Assembly (NCBI GenBank): GCA_963826715.1
Contig: CAWGYA010000005.1
Span: 125,239-189,238 of the forward strand
Source: Candidatus Bathyarchaeota archaeon
GTDB taxonomy: Archaea > Thermoproteota > Bathyarchaeia > Bathyarchaeales > Bathycorpusculaceae
Direction of reading: 5' to 3'
Length of the DNA stretch: 64,000 bases
This document shows, one piece after another, positions 41,310-50,168 of the stretch. The number at the start of each line of letters is the position of its first letter. The first letter of the stretch is position 1. A program made the position numbers and the translations under genes. The notes under the pieces are model-generated. The model had not been told where the DNA came from. It made no database searches and worked only from the letters and a program-made list of their open reading frames with translations.

Positions 41310-44300
41310 ATTGTTACGCTAGACAAAACAGAAGCGCCTTCAAAAGAAGTTCTTGACCAAAAGGATGACGAATTCCCAATCGTTGGTATCGGCGCTTCTG
41401 CAGGCGGATTAGAGCCTATTAGGGAACTGCTGGGGCATCTTCCAAGTGATTTAGGTTTATCTTTTGTAATTATTCAACATTTAGCGGCTGGACAAGAAAG
41501 CCTACTCCCCGAGATTCTTGCAAGGTCGACGAAAATGCAAGTTGTTCAAGTTACAGATAACATGAAAGTTCTAGAAAACCACGTCTATGTTATCCCACCC
41601 GGAACAACGATGACCTTAGAAAACGACTACCTAAAGCTTGTGCCAAAAGTCGACTCGCCGAGACCGATTAACGCATTCTTTGCTTCTTTAGCGCTGGAAA
41701 GAAAAACACAGGCAATCGGAATAGTACTTTCTGGGCTAGGTAACGACGGAACTGAAGGATTAAAAGCAATTAAAGCCGAAGGCGGAATAACCTTTGCACA
41801 AGAACCAAAAACCGCTCAATATACAGATATGCCCCGCAACGCCATTGACTCACAAGTCGTAGATTTTATTCTCCAACCTGAGAGAATGGCAAAAGAATTG
41901 TCGATTTTAGCCAAACACCCTAACCTCATTCATGCCAAAGCAAAGGAACTTGGGATTCAACTATCCAAAGAAGAAACTGATCTAAGAAAAATACTCATGA
42001 TAGTTAAAACCGCTTTCGGTGTAGATTTTACCCATTACAAACAAACTACTATTAACCGACGAATAACCCGACGTTTGGTTATCAACAAATCAGAAAACTT
42101 GCACCAATATGGGAATGTTTTGCGTTCTAACAAAAAAGAGCTGCAGGCATTATTTGATGATCTGCTGATAGGTGTTACAAGCTTTTTTAGAGAGCCCAAA
42201 ACGTTTGAAATCCTTAAACAAAAAGTATTCCCCCAGATAGTACAAGACAGATCACCAAGCACTGAAAAGCTGCGTTTTTGGGTTCCAGCATGCTCAACTG
42301 GTGAAGAAGCATATTCTCTTGCAATCGCTCTTCAAGAATTTCTTCAAGATAACGATATAGTCAATATTAGCGTGCAGATATTTGGAACCGATGCAAACGA
42401 AAAAAGCATCGAGAAGGCACGCCAAGGAACTTATCCCAAAGCTATAGAAGAGAACGTTTCTGAAGTTAGACTTAAGCAGTTTTTCACCAAGTTTGATGGA
42501 CGATATCAGATAGCAAAGCCCATACGTGATATGTGTGTTTTTGCAAAACACGACATAACCACTGACCCGCCATTCTCTAATTTGGACCTTATTGTTTGCC
42601 GCAATTTGCTAATCTACTTTGACCCCTACCTCCAAGAAAGAGTCCTGCCTGTGCTACACTACGGGCTAAAACCTGACGGTTTCCTAGTTTTAGGTGAATC
42701 GGAAAGCGTCGGCAAGTTTCAATACCTCTTTGAACCGCTCAGCACTAAAAGCATCATTTTTAAGAAGAAACGAGCCCAGCCACAAGCAGCCATAGAGACC
42801 GGAACTTTTGTACCATATACTGATAAAAAAACCTATAATCCGCCTCAAAAAACAGATACAATGACTTCATTAAAGCAAGAAATCGATAATGAGTTAATCG
42901 AGCAGTATGTTCCTGCAACATTGCTAACTAACAGCAATTTAGATATTCTCTTTTTCCGTGGTCAAGTTAACCCATACCTGATACATGAATCTGGCGCCGC
43001 AAGCTTCAACGTCAATAAAATCGTTAAAAAAGAATTAAGACCACAAGTTCAAATGGCCATTCTTAGAGCAAAAAAAGAAAACAAAGCAGCTACTGAAAGA
43101 GTTACATTCGAAGAAAAAGAAATAAACAGAATAGTTGAAATCCAGGCTAAACCGTTTAACGCGCCAGAGTTCGACGAGACTTTCTTTTTTATAAGCTTTA
43201 AAGAATCATCAGTTCCTGCGCTTAAAACTCCCATCAATGAGGAAGGGTCGAAACCCCTGGGCGGGGATTTACGAGAAAAACAAATTCGTGAGCTTACTGA
43301 AGATTTAATCTCTTCTAAGCAGACCTTACAATCTATTATTGAGTCGCATGAAGCAACAACAGAAGAGTTACGCTCAACAATAGAAGAAGCTCAATCAAGT
43401 AACGAAGCCCTTCAGAGTACTAATGAGGAATTGGAAACAGCTAAAGAGGAGTTGCAATCAAGCAATGAAGAGTTACAAACCCTCAACGAGGAATTAAAAA
43501 ATCGCAACGAATTACTAACAACAACAAACGATGACTTGGCAAATTTGATAAAAAATGTTGATACCACAGTTGTTATTGTAGATAATAGTTTTATAATAAG
43601 GCGGGCAACCGCGACGGCTTGGGGTGTGCTTAACATTCAGCCATCGGATATTGGGCATGCTATTTTTGCAACAAATATTGGAAACTTCATCAAGGACTTA
43701 GAAACCAAGCTAAATAACGTGACTACAAACTTTACGCAGGTAGTGCAAGAAGTAGCAGGGCAAAATGGGTTGTACTATGAGCTTCGAATCCGTCCATATT
43801 TGACTTCTAGCAAAAAAATTGCTGGAGCAGTCTTAACCTTCGTTAATATTACGGAAAGAAGGCTTCTTGAAATACAGCAAAAAGGTCACACTGAGAAGCT
43901 TGAGGCTCACGTTAGAACCCAAGACGCCAAATTGATTGATTCCGAACGCATGGCAGCTATTGGCCAAACCGCTGGAATGGTTGGACATGACCTCCGCAAT
44001 CCTTTGCAAACATTAGTCGGCGAATTATACTTGGCAGAAAAGACTTTAGAGGAATTACCGGATAGTGAGCAAAAAGGCAGCCTACATGAAAGCATAGCAG
44101 CCATTACTGAACAGACCCAATACATGGATAAGATAGTTAGCGATTTACAAACTTTCGTCAAGCCAGTTGAGACACATAAAGAAAAAGTCCTACTAAAGCA
44201 ACTAATCGCAGGCGTTTTAGCTACCATAGACATACCAAATATCATTAAAATTAATGTTGAAGTCAGCGAAGATTTAGTGATCGATGCCGACCCTCAACTA

Positions 44301-44612
44301 CTCAAAAGAGTGCTCATAAATCTTGTAACCAATGCGATTCAAGCTATGCCAAATGGAGGACATATAACCATCGAAGCAGAACGTATCAATAACGGACAAG
44401 TGAAGATTGTTGTTGGGGATACAGGTATAGGCATCGCAGATGAGACTAAACCAAAAATTTTTACGCCACTATTCACAACCAAGTCACGTGGTCAAGGCTT
44501 CGGTTTAGCGGTATGTAAGAGGGTAATTGAAGCCCAAGGCGGGACGATAGAATTTGAGAGCGAAGTCGGCAAAGGAACAAAATTCATAATACAACTGCCA
44601 ATCACCCAATAA
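41310..44612 (+). CDS. CheB-CheR-coiled coil-PAS-histidine kinase fusion (proviral cargo); non-canonical start likely
   Basis: Frame open from 41310 and includes FPIVGIGASAGG upstream of the first ATG (41535); CheR, H-box and ATPase motifs intact. Confidence 0.9.
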   Translation: MVTLDKTEAPSKEVLDQKDDEFPIVGIGASAGGLEPIRELLGHLPSDLGLSFVIIQHLAAGQESLLPEILARSTKMQVVQVTDNMKVLENHVYVIPPGTTMTLENDYLKLVPKVDSPRPINAFFASLALERKTQAIGIVLSGLGNDGTEGLKAIKAEGGITFAQEPKTAQYTDMPRNAIDSQVVDFILQPERMAKELSILAKHPNLIHAKAKELGIQLSKEETDLRKILMIVKTAFGVDFTHYKQTTINRRITRRLVINKSENLHQYGNVLRSNKKELQALFDDLLIGVTSFFREPKTFEILKQKVFPQIVQDRSPSTEKLRFWVPACSTGEEAYSLAIALQEFLQDNDIVNISVQIFGTDANEKSIEKARQGTYPKAIEENVSEVRLKQFFTKFDGRYQIAKPIRDMCVFAKHDITTDPPFSNLDLIVCRNLLIYFDPYLQERVLPVLHYGLKPDGFLVLGESESVGKFQYLFEPLSTKSIIFKKKRAQPQAAIETGTFVPYTDKKTYNPPQKTDTMTSLKQEIDNELIEQYVPATLLTNSNLDILFFRGQVNPYLIHESGAASFNVNKIVKKELRPQVQMAILRAKKENKAATERVTFEEKEINRIVEIQAKPFNAPEFDETFFFISFKESSVPALKTPINEEGSKPLGGDLREKQIRELTEDLISSKQTLQSIIESHEATTEELRSTIEEAQSSNEALQSTNEELETAKEELQSSNEELQTLNEELKNRNELLTTTNDDLANLIKNVDTTVVIVDNSFIIRRATATAWGVLNIQPSDIGHAIFATNIGNFIKDLETKLNNVTTNFTQVVQEVAGQNGLYYELRIRPYLTSSKKIAGAVLTFVNITERRLLEIQQKGHTEKLEAHVRTQDAKLIDSERMAAIGQTAGMVGHDLRNPLQTLVGELYLAEKTLEELPDSEQKGSLHESIAAITEQTQYMDKIVSDLQTFVKPVETHKEKVLLKQLIAGVLATIDIPNIIKINVEVSEDLVIDADPQLLKRVLINLVTNAIQAMPNGGHITIEAERINNGQVKIVVGDTGIGIADETKPKIFTPLFTTKSRGQGFGLAVCKRVIEAQGGTIEFESEVGKGTKFIIQLPITQ

Positions 44613-44668
44613 TTTTGGTTTAGCGTTTAAACGGTTTTATAGTTCTATCGTCAGGGCATCCGTACGTT

Positions 44669-44692
44669 TTGCTTATATGTTAAGTCTTTTAT
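44669..44692 (+). promoter_or_regulatory. viral promoter-like motif, copy 3
   Basis: TTGCTTATATGTTAA-gtc-TTTTAT; TTG start 45 nt after the core. Confidence 0.6.
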
Positions 44693-44727
44693 GCGGTTTA
44701 TTGCGTAACCTCAAACTTAAGGTTTAG

Positions 44728-45087
44728 TTGGCTTTGGCTGCGGTTACGGTTGAGGACGTTTGGGATACTTTGAATGTTGGCGATTCGGATATGTCTGAGG
44801 CTAAAGTTCTCAAGATGATTAAGCGAGCCGAAGTGACTTTAGCGCTTGAACTCAACGTAGAAATTGACTATGCAAACTGTTCGGATGCCAAAAAGGAAGC
44901 TATAACGGTTTTGGCTGCGATGTATGCGCTGTGCTTCTTGACTGGCGGGTCAACTGTTGGGTTGAACTTTAGCGTAGGCGACCTTAATGCCAGCCAGCCT
45001 TCGAAGCTGCCGAGCATGGATGTGCTGCAAGGCGAATTTTCCCGTCTGCTAGACAAGCTAAAAACGCCCTATATCGGGGTGGCTTAG
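44728..45087 (+). CDS. head-tail adaptor (HK97 gp6/SPP1 gp15-like)
   Basis: VTVEDV..L N-terminus; size; first gene of the neck/tail block. Confidence 0.65.
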   Translation: MALAAVTVEDVWDTLNVGDSDMSEAKVLKMIKRAEVTLALELNVEIDYANCSDAKKEAITVLAAMYALCFLTGGSTVGLNFSVGDLNASQPSKLPSMDVLQGEFSRLLDKLKTPYIGVA

Positions 45088-45089
45088 CC

Positions 45090-46712
45090 ATGGGCACAGT
45101 TCCAAACGCCTATTTTCAGTTTGTAATGCACTACGCGCCCTACTACTACGTTGTTCCCACTAACTTGGCTGCGGATGCGGCTGCCGGGCAGAGAAACGTC
45201 ACTGTTGCGGACGGTTCGAAGTTTCAAGCTAATTTTCCCGTTGAAATCAAGGATTACTCCCATAGCGAATGGAATGAGATTGAGAGCGTTCTTGGCAATG
45301 TTGTAACCCTCAAGAACAATCTGGCCAATAGCTACTTTATTGCAAAGGCTGGATTGATGGAAGGTCCTGACCCCGCGTTTGGTCGTGGCACTTTTGCCGC
45401 TGCTTTCGCCATCGAGTTTCTCTGCGAAGCCTACTCCGCCCCTCAATTCATAAGCCAACAAAGTAGCATACTCGCCAAAATTGTGGAGTTAGCCGACTGG
45501 TTGCTAACCCAGCAATGTACCGATCCAGCGAGGACTGCGTATGGCGGTTTCAAAAGCGGAGAGTCATCGACTGACTATTGGAGTATTGACGCTGGCAGGG
45601 CTATTCCTGCACTGCTGAAGGCTTACGCCGTTACGTCAACGGCTGCATACTTGGCTGCGGCTAAGCTGGCGGGCTACCCTTTTCTCTACAACATGCAGCG
45701 TCTGCCGGTGGTTTTGGGTTTGCATGACTGCTACTATGGCGGCTTTGCTTCATACGTTACCATCGGTGATGGTTGGGAGGCGTCGATGTATGTCGAGAAC
45801 CTCTATTGCCTCATAGGCTTAAAGATGCTCGCCGATACTTACGACACCGCTAACGCCCCAACCTACAACGGGGTGATGAGTGACGCGGTTGGTTTCCTTC
45901 GGGACGGTTTGGAGGGGCTTTGGCTCTATTTCTATCCTTTGCCCTCTGGGGATGGCGCTTGGCACCGGGTAGGCTTGAATAACACTGAGGTTTATGATGA
46001 CCCGATAAGCTTTGCCCTGCTTGGCTTGTACACCTGTGAGGGTTGGACGGCTAGTTGCCAACGCGTCTATAACGGCGTGCAGAGTATCAAGTCAAGTGGT
46101 CAGTATCCCGCCTATGTTCCTGACGTCTGCTGGCCTGGCTACATAGATGTGGTTTCAAGGTTTCCCGCCTGCAGCTACTATGACGGTGTCACGATTGGGA
46201 TTCTTTGGAAAATCCGCAAAGACCGCGACCCTCCGGGCTACAAGTTAGCATATGATATTGCTGAGGAGTACGCCGATGAATTCATGGCTTGGGGTCCGCT
46301 CTTCACGGATTATAGCCCAATTACGCTTGCCAAAGCTATGGCGAATGTAAGCTGGATCGCCCGCATGTTTCTAAATTATAGCGAGCCTGCAACCCAATTT
46401 ATGAGGATTCTTAAGAGTAAGGGTGAAGTGGTTCTGCTTTATCCAGTGCGCCAAGCGGTTGAAACCGTTGATTATGGCGACCCTCTTGAACTGTTAGCCG
46501 TGGTTTCTCAGCTCAAAGCTGAACAGGTCTTCATAGAGCCTGGGTACTACCAAAACGACTATTTGGCGTTCTACACGTTTTTGCCCGTGCGCAGTCACGA
46601 TAAGATAAGACGTCAAGGCGAAGACTATGAGGTGCAGACTGTGTCGCCCTCTACTTTTGGTAATCAGCGGCTCTACTTCAAGAGCATGGCAAGGAGGCTG
46701 CTTACCAGTTGA
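45090..46712 (+). CDS. putative alpha/alpha-barrel domain fused to a C-terminal head-closure-like domain
   Basis: ADWLLTQQ...YGGF, ALLKAY.VT...YL.AA; C-terminal ...DKIRRQGEDYEVQTV; lies between adaptor and terminator. Confidence 0.6.
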   Translation: MGTVPNAYFQFVMHYAPYYYVVPTNLAADAAAGQRNVTVADGSKFQANFPVEIKDYSHSEWNEIESVLGNVVTLKNNLANSYFIAKAGLMEGPDPAFGRGTFAAAFAIEFLCEAYSAPQFISQQSSILAKIVELADWLLTQQCTDPARTAYGGFKSGESSTDYWSIDAGRAIPALLKAYAVTSTAAYLAAAKLAGYPFLYNMQRLPVVLGLHDCYYGGFASYVTIGDGWEASMYVENLYCLIGLKMLADTYDTANAPTYNGVMSDAVGFLRDGLEGLWLYFYPLPSGDGAWHRVGLNNTEVYDDPISFALLGLYTCEGWTASCQRVYNGVQSIKSSGQYPAYVPDVCWPGYIDVVSRFPACSYYDGVTIGILWKIRKDRDPPGYKLAYDIAEEYADEFMAWGPLFTDYSPITLAKAMANVSWIARMFLNYSEPATQFMRILKSKGEVVLLYPVRQAVETVDYGDPLELLAVVSQLKAEQVFIEPGYYQNDYLAFYTFLPVRSHDKIRRQGEDYEVQTVSPSTFGNQRLYFKSMARRLLTS

Positions 46713-47707
46713 GTGAGCTAGAAGACCCCGTAACTACCTTGCTAAGGCTGATTAATAGTCGAATCCGCGTAACCAAAGATAACGGTGATGCTGCTAAGCT
46801 ATTGGCTTCGGAGGCAGCGTTTGACCGTGAACTCCTTCTCAAAGAGTATGACGCCCAAATTGCTCTTCAAGTTGACCCTGTTTTGGGTGTGCAAGACCAG
46901 AAGCTAAACTTGTCGGGCAGCAAGAGGCGTTTGGTGCATTTCTTCAAGTGCACGGTCCACTCCATCGATAAGACTGCTCCCGGTTCTGATTTGGGTCGAG
47001 TGATGCGGAACAAGGTTACTGAGCAGATTAAGGCGATTGTCCGTGAGAACAGGACTTTGCCTTATGAGACGATTTATAATTTTGCTGGGCTCGGCTATCC
47101 ATCGGGTGAACCGCACAAGGCATATGCTGTAGGTGCCGCTTCTGAGTTGGCGCCGTCTAGTGGTTCTTGGGCTGAGCTTTCCGCCGTTGATTATCAGGGC
47201 ATTTGGTACAGTGACAATGTCCGCTACTCCAAAAGCATAGCCGTCAACAATCAGTACGGCTTGATGCTTTTCAGGTTCAAGGTTGGGCCAAGAGAGCAAT
47301 GCGTCAAGTCTTTGGTGCTGAGCTTCGAGGGCTATGGCACTGCGCCCGGTGGCAACGGTGTAACGGTTAAGGTTTGGAATCATGTCGCGGGTGCTTGGCA
47401 GTATGCGCAGTATGGAACCGCAGGCACGGACGAAACCCTAACAATTACGATTTCGGCGAACCTGACGGATTACGTGGACTCGGATGGCTATGTTTGGATG
47501 TTTGCCCGAACCACAAATCCCAGCAATGGCGTAACATCCGCCGTGGTCTACTGTGACTACCTGCAGTTGACCGTTCAGGTTCTCGGAATCACTAACTGCG
47601 ATGTCGTGAGCTACAAGCCCTCAGACATCGTTGAGGTTAAGCCGTTTCTCTTCAAAACAGAGCTCACTTTGAAGGGTTGGGCTTTCGAGGAAATAACTTT
47701 AGGCTAA
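46709..47707 (+). CDS. tail terminator-like protein with an inserted beta-rich domain
   Basis: Position before the tail tube gene; central ~165-aa beta-rich insert. Confidence 0.55.
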   Translation: MSELEDPVTTLLRLINSRIRVTKDNGDAAKLLASEAAFDRELLLKEYDAQIALQVDPVLGVQDQKLNLSGSKRRLVHFFKCTVHSIDKTAPGSDLGRVMRNKVTEQIKAIVRENRTLPYETIYNFAGLGYPSGEPHKAYAVGAASELAPSSGSWAELSAVDYQGIWYSDNVRYSKSIAVNNQYGLMLFRFKVGPREQCVKSLVLSFEGYGTAPGGNGVTVKVWNHVAGAWQYAQYGTAGTDETLTITISANLTDYVDSDGYVWMFARTTNPSNGVTSAVVYCDYLQLTVQVLGITNCDVVSYKPSDIVEVKPFLFKTELTLKGWAFEEITLG

Positions 47708-47713
47708 TGGAGT

Positions 47714-48592
47714 ATGGAAAAGATGGTTGAAACCTACAGTACCGACCAAGAACGCATTTACTATATAGCGGAAGCAACCAAAGGCACAACCCCAACAGTG
47801 ACGCCGGCAATGCTTGGAGTACCGCATGAATCTATCAACCCAGGCTTTAGCCCAAACAACCTGCTTCTGAGAAGCGGCGGAAACTATGACCTCTTTGCCA
47901 TCAAAAAAGGCACCCGCATGCCCTCCCTCAAAGTCTCCTACATCGTGCCCTCAGCTGCTCCAATCGACCTGCTGCAATACGCCAAAATAGACCTGGATAA
48001 GACCCTAAGCGTTCAAGTATTGTACTATAAGGGCGCTTGGGCATCAGCAACAGACATCCTTTCGCTACTTTACAATTATATGCGGATTGGCAAGGCGAGC
48101 GTTAGCTGCGAAATTGATGATGTAGTCAAAGCAACCCTCGAAATGGTGGGGCAGAACCTCACCACTGGCACGGCTAAGCTGACTGATGCAACCTACACCG
48201 ATTATGCTGGGGCTGTAGCATTCAACGAAACAGACGTCACCATTGGGGGAGTTGCAAACGACCGTGTTGTAAGCTGGAAGTTCGATGTAAACAACAATCC
48301 CAAGCAAGTGCCCGTTATTCGTAGCACCAACGGCTATCTCGCTAAGTACATTCCTTTTGGCAATCGACAGCTAAGCGGTGAAGTCCGCTTCGAGTTTGAG
48401 AGCAAAGCAGAGATGGACAATGCCCTCGCCGACACAGAGTTCAATATCAGATTTGGGCTTGGGGGCACCGCGTATGCTCAGATGGATGCTGCCAAGTGGA
48501 GTAACATAACAAGCGAGAAGTGGCTTGATGACCTAATCGCGGTTAGGGCTCAGTTTGACGCTAAAGGACCGCTTAGCATAGCGGCAAGTTGA
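47714..48592 (+). CDS. major tail tube protein
   Basis: YYIAEATKGTTP, SWKFDVNNN, GNRQLSGEVRFEF. Confidence 0.8.
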   Translation: MEKMVETYSTDQERIYYIAEATKGTTPTVTPAMLGVPHESINPGFSPNNLLLRSGGNYDLFAIKKGTRMPSLKVSYIVPSAAPIDLLQYAKIDLDKTLSVQVLYYKGAWASATDILSLLYNYMRIGKASVSCEIDDVVKATLEMVGQNLTTGTAKLTDATYTDYAGAVAFNETDVTIGGVANDRVVSWKFDVNNNPKQVPVIRSTNGYLAKYIPFGNRQLSGEVRFEFESKAEMDNALADTEFNIRFGLGGTAYAQMDAAKWSNITSEKWLDDLIAVRAQFDAKGPLSIAAS

Positions 48593-48601
48593 GGTGAGAA
48601 A

Positions 48602-48778
48602 ATGGAAGAAGTGAAAGTGGAAGACTGGCTTAAAATATGGGAGAAAATAGGCGTTCGTCTCCTTCAGCTTCCGAAGTGGATGCAACAAATCGTACTTGAA
48701 GACATCAACACAGCCATCAGTAACAGACTTGCAGTAATGGAGGTAATCAACAATGTACACAGAAAAAATACGGATTAA
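48602..48778 (+). CDS. small viral protein (58 aa), absent from the ORF track
   Basis: SD GAGGTGA; MEEVKVEDWLKIWEKIG... Confidence 0.65.
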   Translation: MEEVKVEDWLKIWEKIGVRLLQLPKWMQQIVLEDINTAISNRLAVMEVINNVHRKNTD

Positions 48779-49276
48779 CGAGCGTTTCGGCGAGCAATTT
48801 GTAGGCGACTATGAATTCCGCCAAATTACTCAGGGAGAGTATGAGCGGGTACTGGTTAGCTATATGGATGCAGCGGGCAAGGTTCCCAAACAGGACATTC
48901 TCAAAGTTAACCGGGAATGCCTCTGGATGTCAATCGTCAGTCAGCCCGCCTCTAAACCTCTCTTCAAAGACCTCATAGTTCAAGGGCGTCTCCCCTATGG
49001 TCTTAGCCTAAAGTTGCAGGAAATCTACGACAACGTCAACGGCATCGAGATGGACGAGCAGCGTTTTTTATCATCGCCATCAGACGAAAGCAACCAAACC
49101 CCAGACTCACAAAGTTCGTCATGTGTGAACGATTCGGATGGACAGAGCAAGAATACAACGCCACAAGCAGACAAACCATAGCTGAGTTTTCACTAATCCT
49201 TCGCACTTTAGAAGAGATGGCAGAGGACGAAGCAAAAAAAGCAGAACAGGAAAAAAGAAAATGTCCGTCGAGGTAG
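48753..49276 (+). CDS. tail assembly chaperone G/GT pair (G ends at 49181, GT via -1 shift ends at 49276)
   Basis: In-frame T TTT TTA at 49064-49070; -1 frame reads ...MCERFGWTEQEY... Confidence 0.8.
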
Positions 49277-49629
49277 CATTTGACATTCAAGGCGTGGACG
49301 AATTTGTCCAGGCAATGCAGCGACTAGATAAGGATATGCAGGAGAGAGTCCGCGCTTGGCTCTACGATTGGGCTCAGCGAGTAGTTGATGAAGCCAAACG
49401 TAATGCTCCTGTACGCACGGGTTATCTTCAAAGCAAAATCTACGCCATGGCTCAGGAATGGGTTGTTGAAATCGGGGCAGGGGCAGCGTATAGCTACTTT
49501 GTGGAGTTCGGGACCCGCTACATGTCCGCCCACCCGTTTCTATATCCTGCAGTGCAAGCGTTTCTCCCAGAGCTAGAAACCAACATCATAGGTGCAATTG
49601 AGCAGGCAAAAGCGGAGGCTGGATTGTGA
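49261..49629 (+). CDS. HK97 gp10-like tail completion protein
   Basis: AKRNAPVRTGYLQ, YSYFVEFGT, HPFLYPA. Confidence 0.9.
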   Translation: MSVEVAFDIQGVDEFVQAMQRLDKDMQERVRAWLYDWAQRVVDEAKRNAPVRTGYLQSKIYAMAQEWVVEIGAGAAYSYFVEFGTRYMSAHPFLYPAVQAFLPELETNIIGAIEQAKAEAGL

Positions 49630-50168
49630 GTTTTAGAGAAATTACAATGTCTATTCGGGCAATCAACCGAGCAAGCAGTGAGTTTAATCGTATTCAAACA
49701 GACGCCGAGCTTATGACGGCACGCATCAAAAGCTTTGGTGCTGCTCTTGCCGGCATAGGCGCAGCGGGCACAGCCATTGGGTACATGGCCAATCAATTTG
49801 GGATTTTAAACGATGAGCAAACCAAAGTCGTCACAGGCACCATGATGCTTGTTTCAGTCATGGGTATGTTTCTGCGTACAAGCACCGGACTAGCTGTAGC
49901 TCAAAAAGTCTATGCCGCCGCATGCGCGTTTGCAACGGCAGTTCAAAACGCCCTAAACATCAGCTATGCAACGTTTTTGGCACTAACAGGCGTAGGCATC
50001 GCCGTTATAGCAGCCGCTGCAGTAGCGATGTATGCCTTCGCCAACAGCATGAATACAGCAACGGCAAGCGTGCAGAACTTCAATGCATCGGCAGCCGAGA
50101 CGCCGACCCGCGTTAAGGGCATTACTCGTGCAGGAGACGCAGAACTAGCCCGGCGAGGGATTGAGTAA
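49626..50168 (+). CDS. very short tape-measure-like protein
   Basis: IRAINRAS..F N-terminus; Ala/Gly-rich helices with hydrophobic stretches; expected position. Confidence 0.65.
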   Translation: MSFREITMSIRAINRASSEFNRIQTDAELMTARIKSFGAALAGIGAAGTAIGYMANQFGILNDEQTKVVTGTMMLVSVMGMFLRTSTGLAVAQKVYAAACAFATAVQNALNISYATFLALTGVGIAVIAAAAVAMYAFANSMNTATASVQNFNASAAETPTRVKGITRAGDAELARRGIE

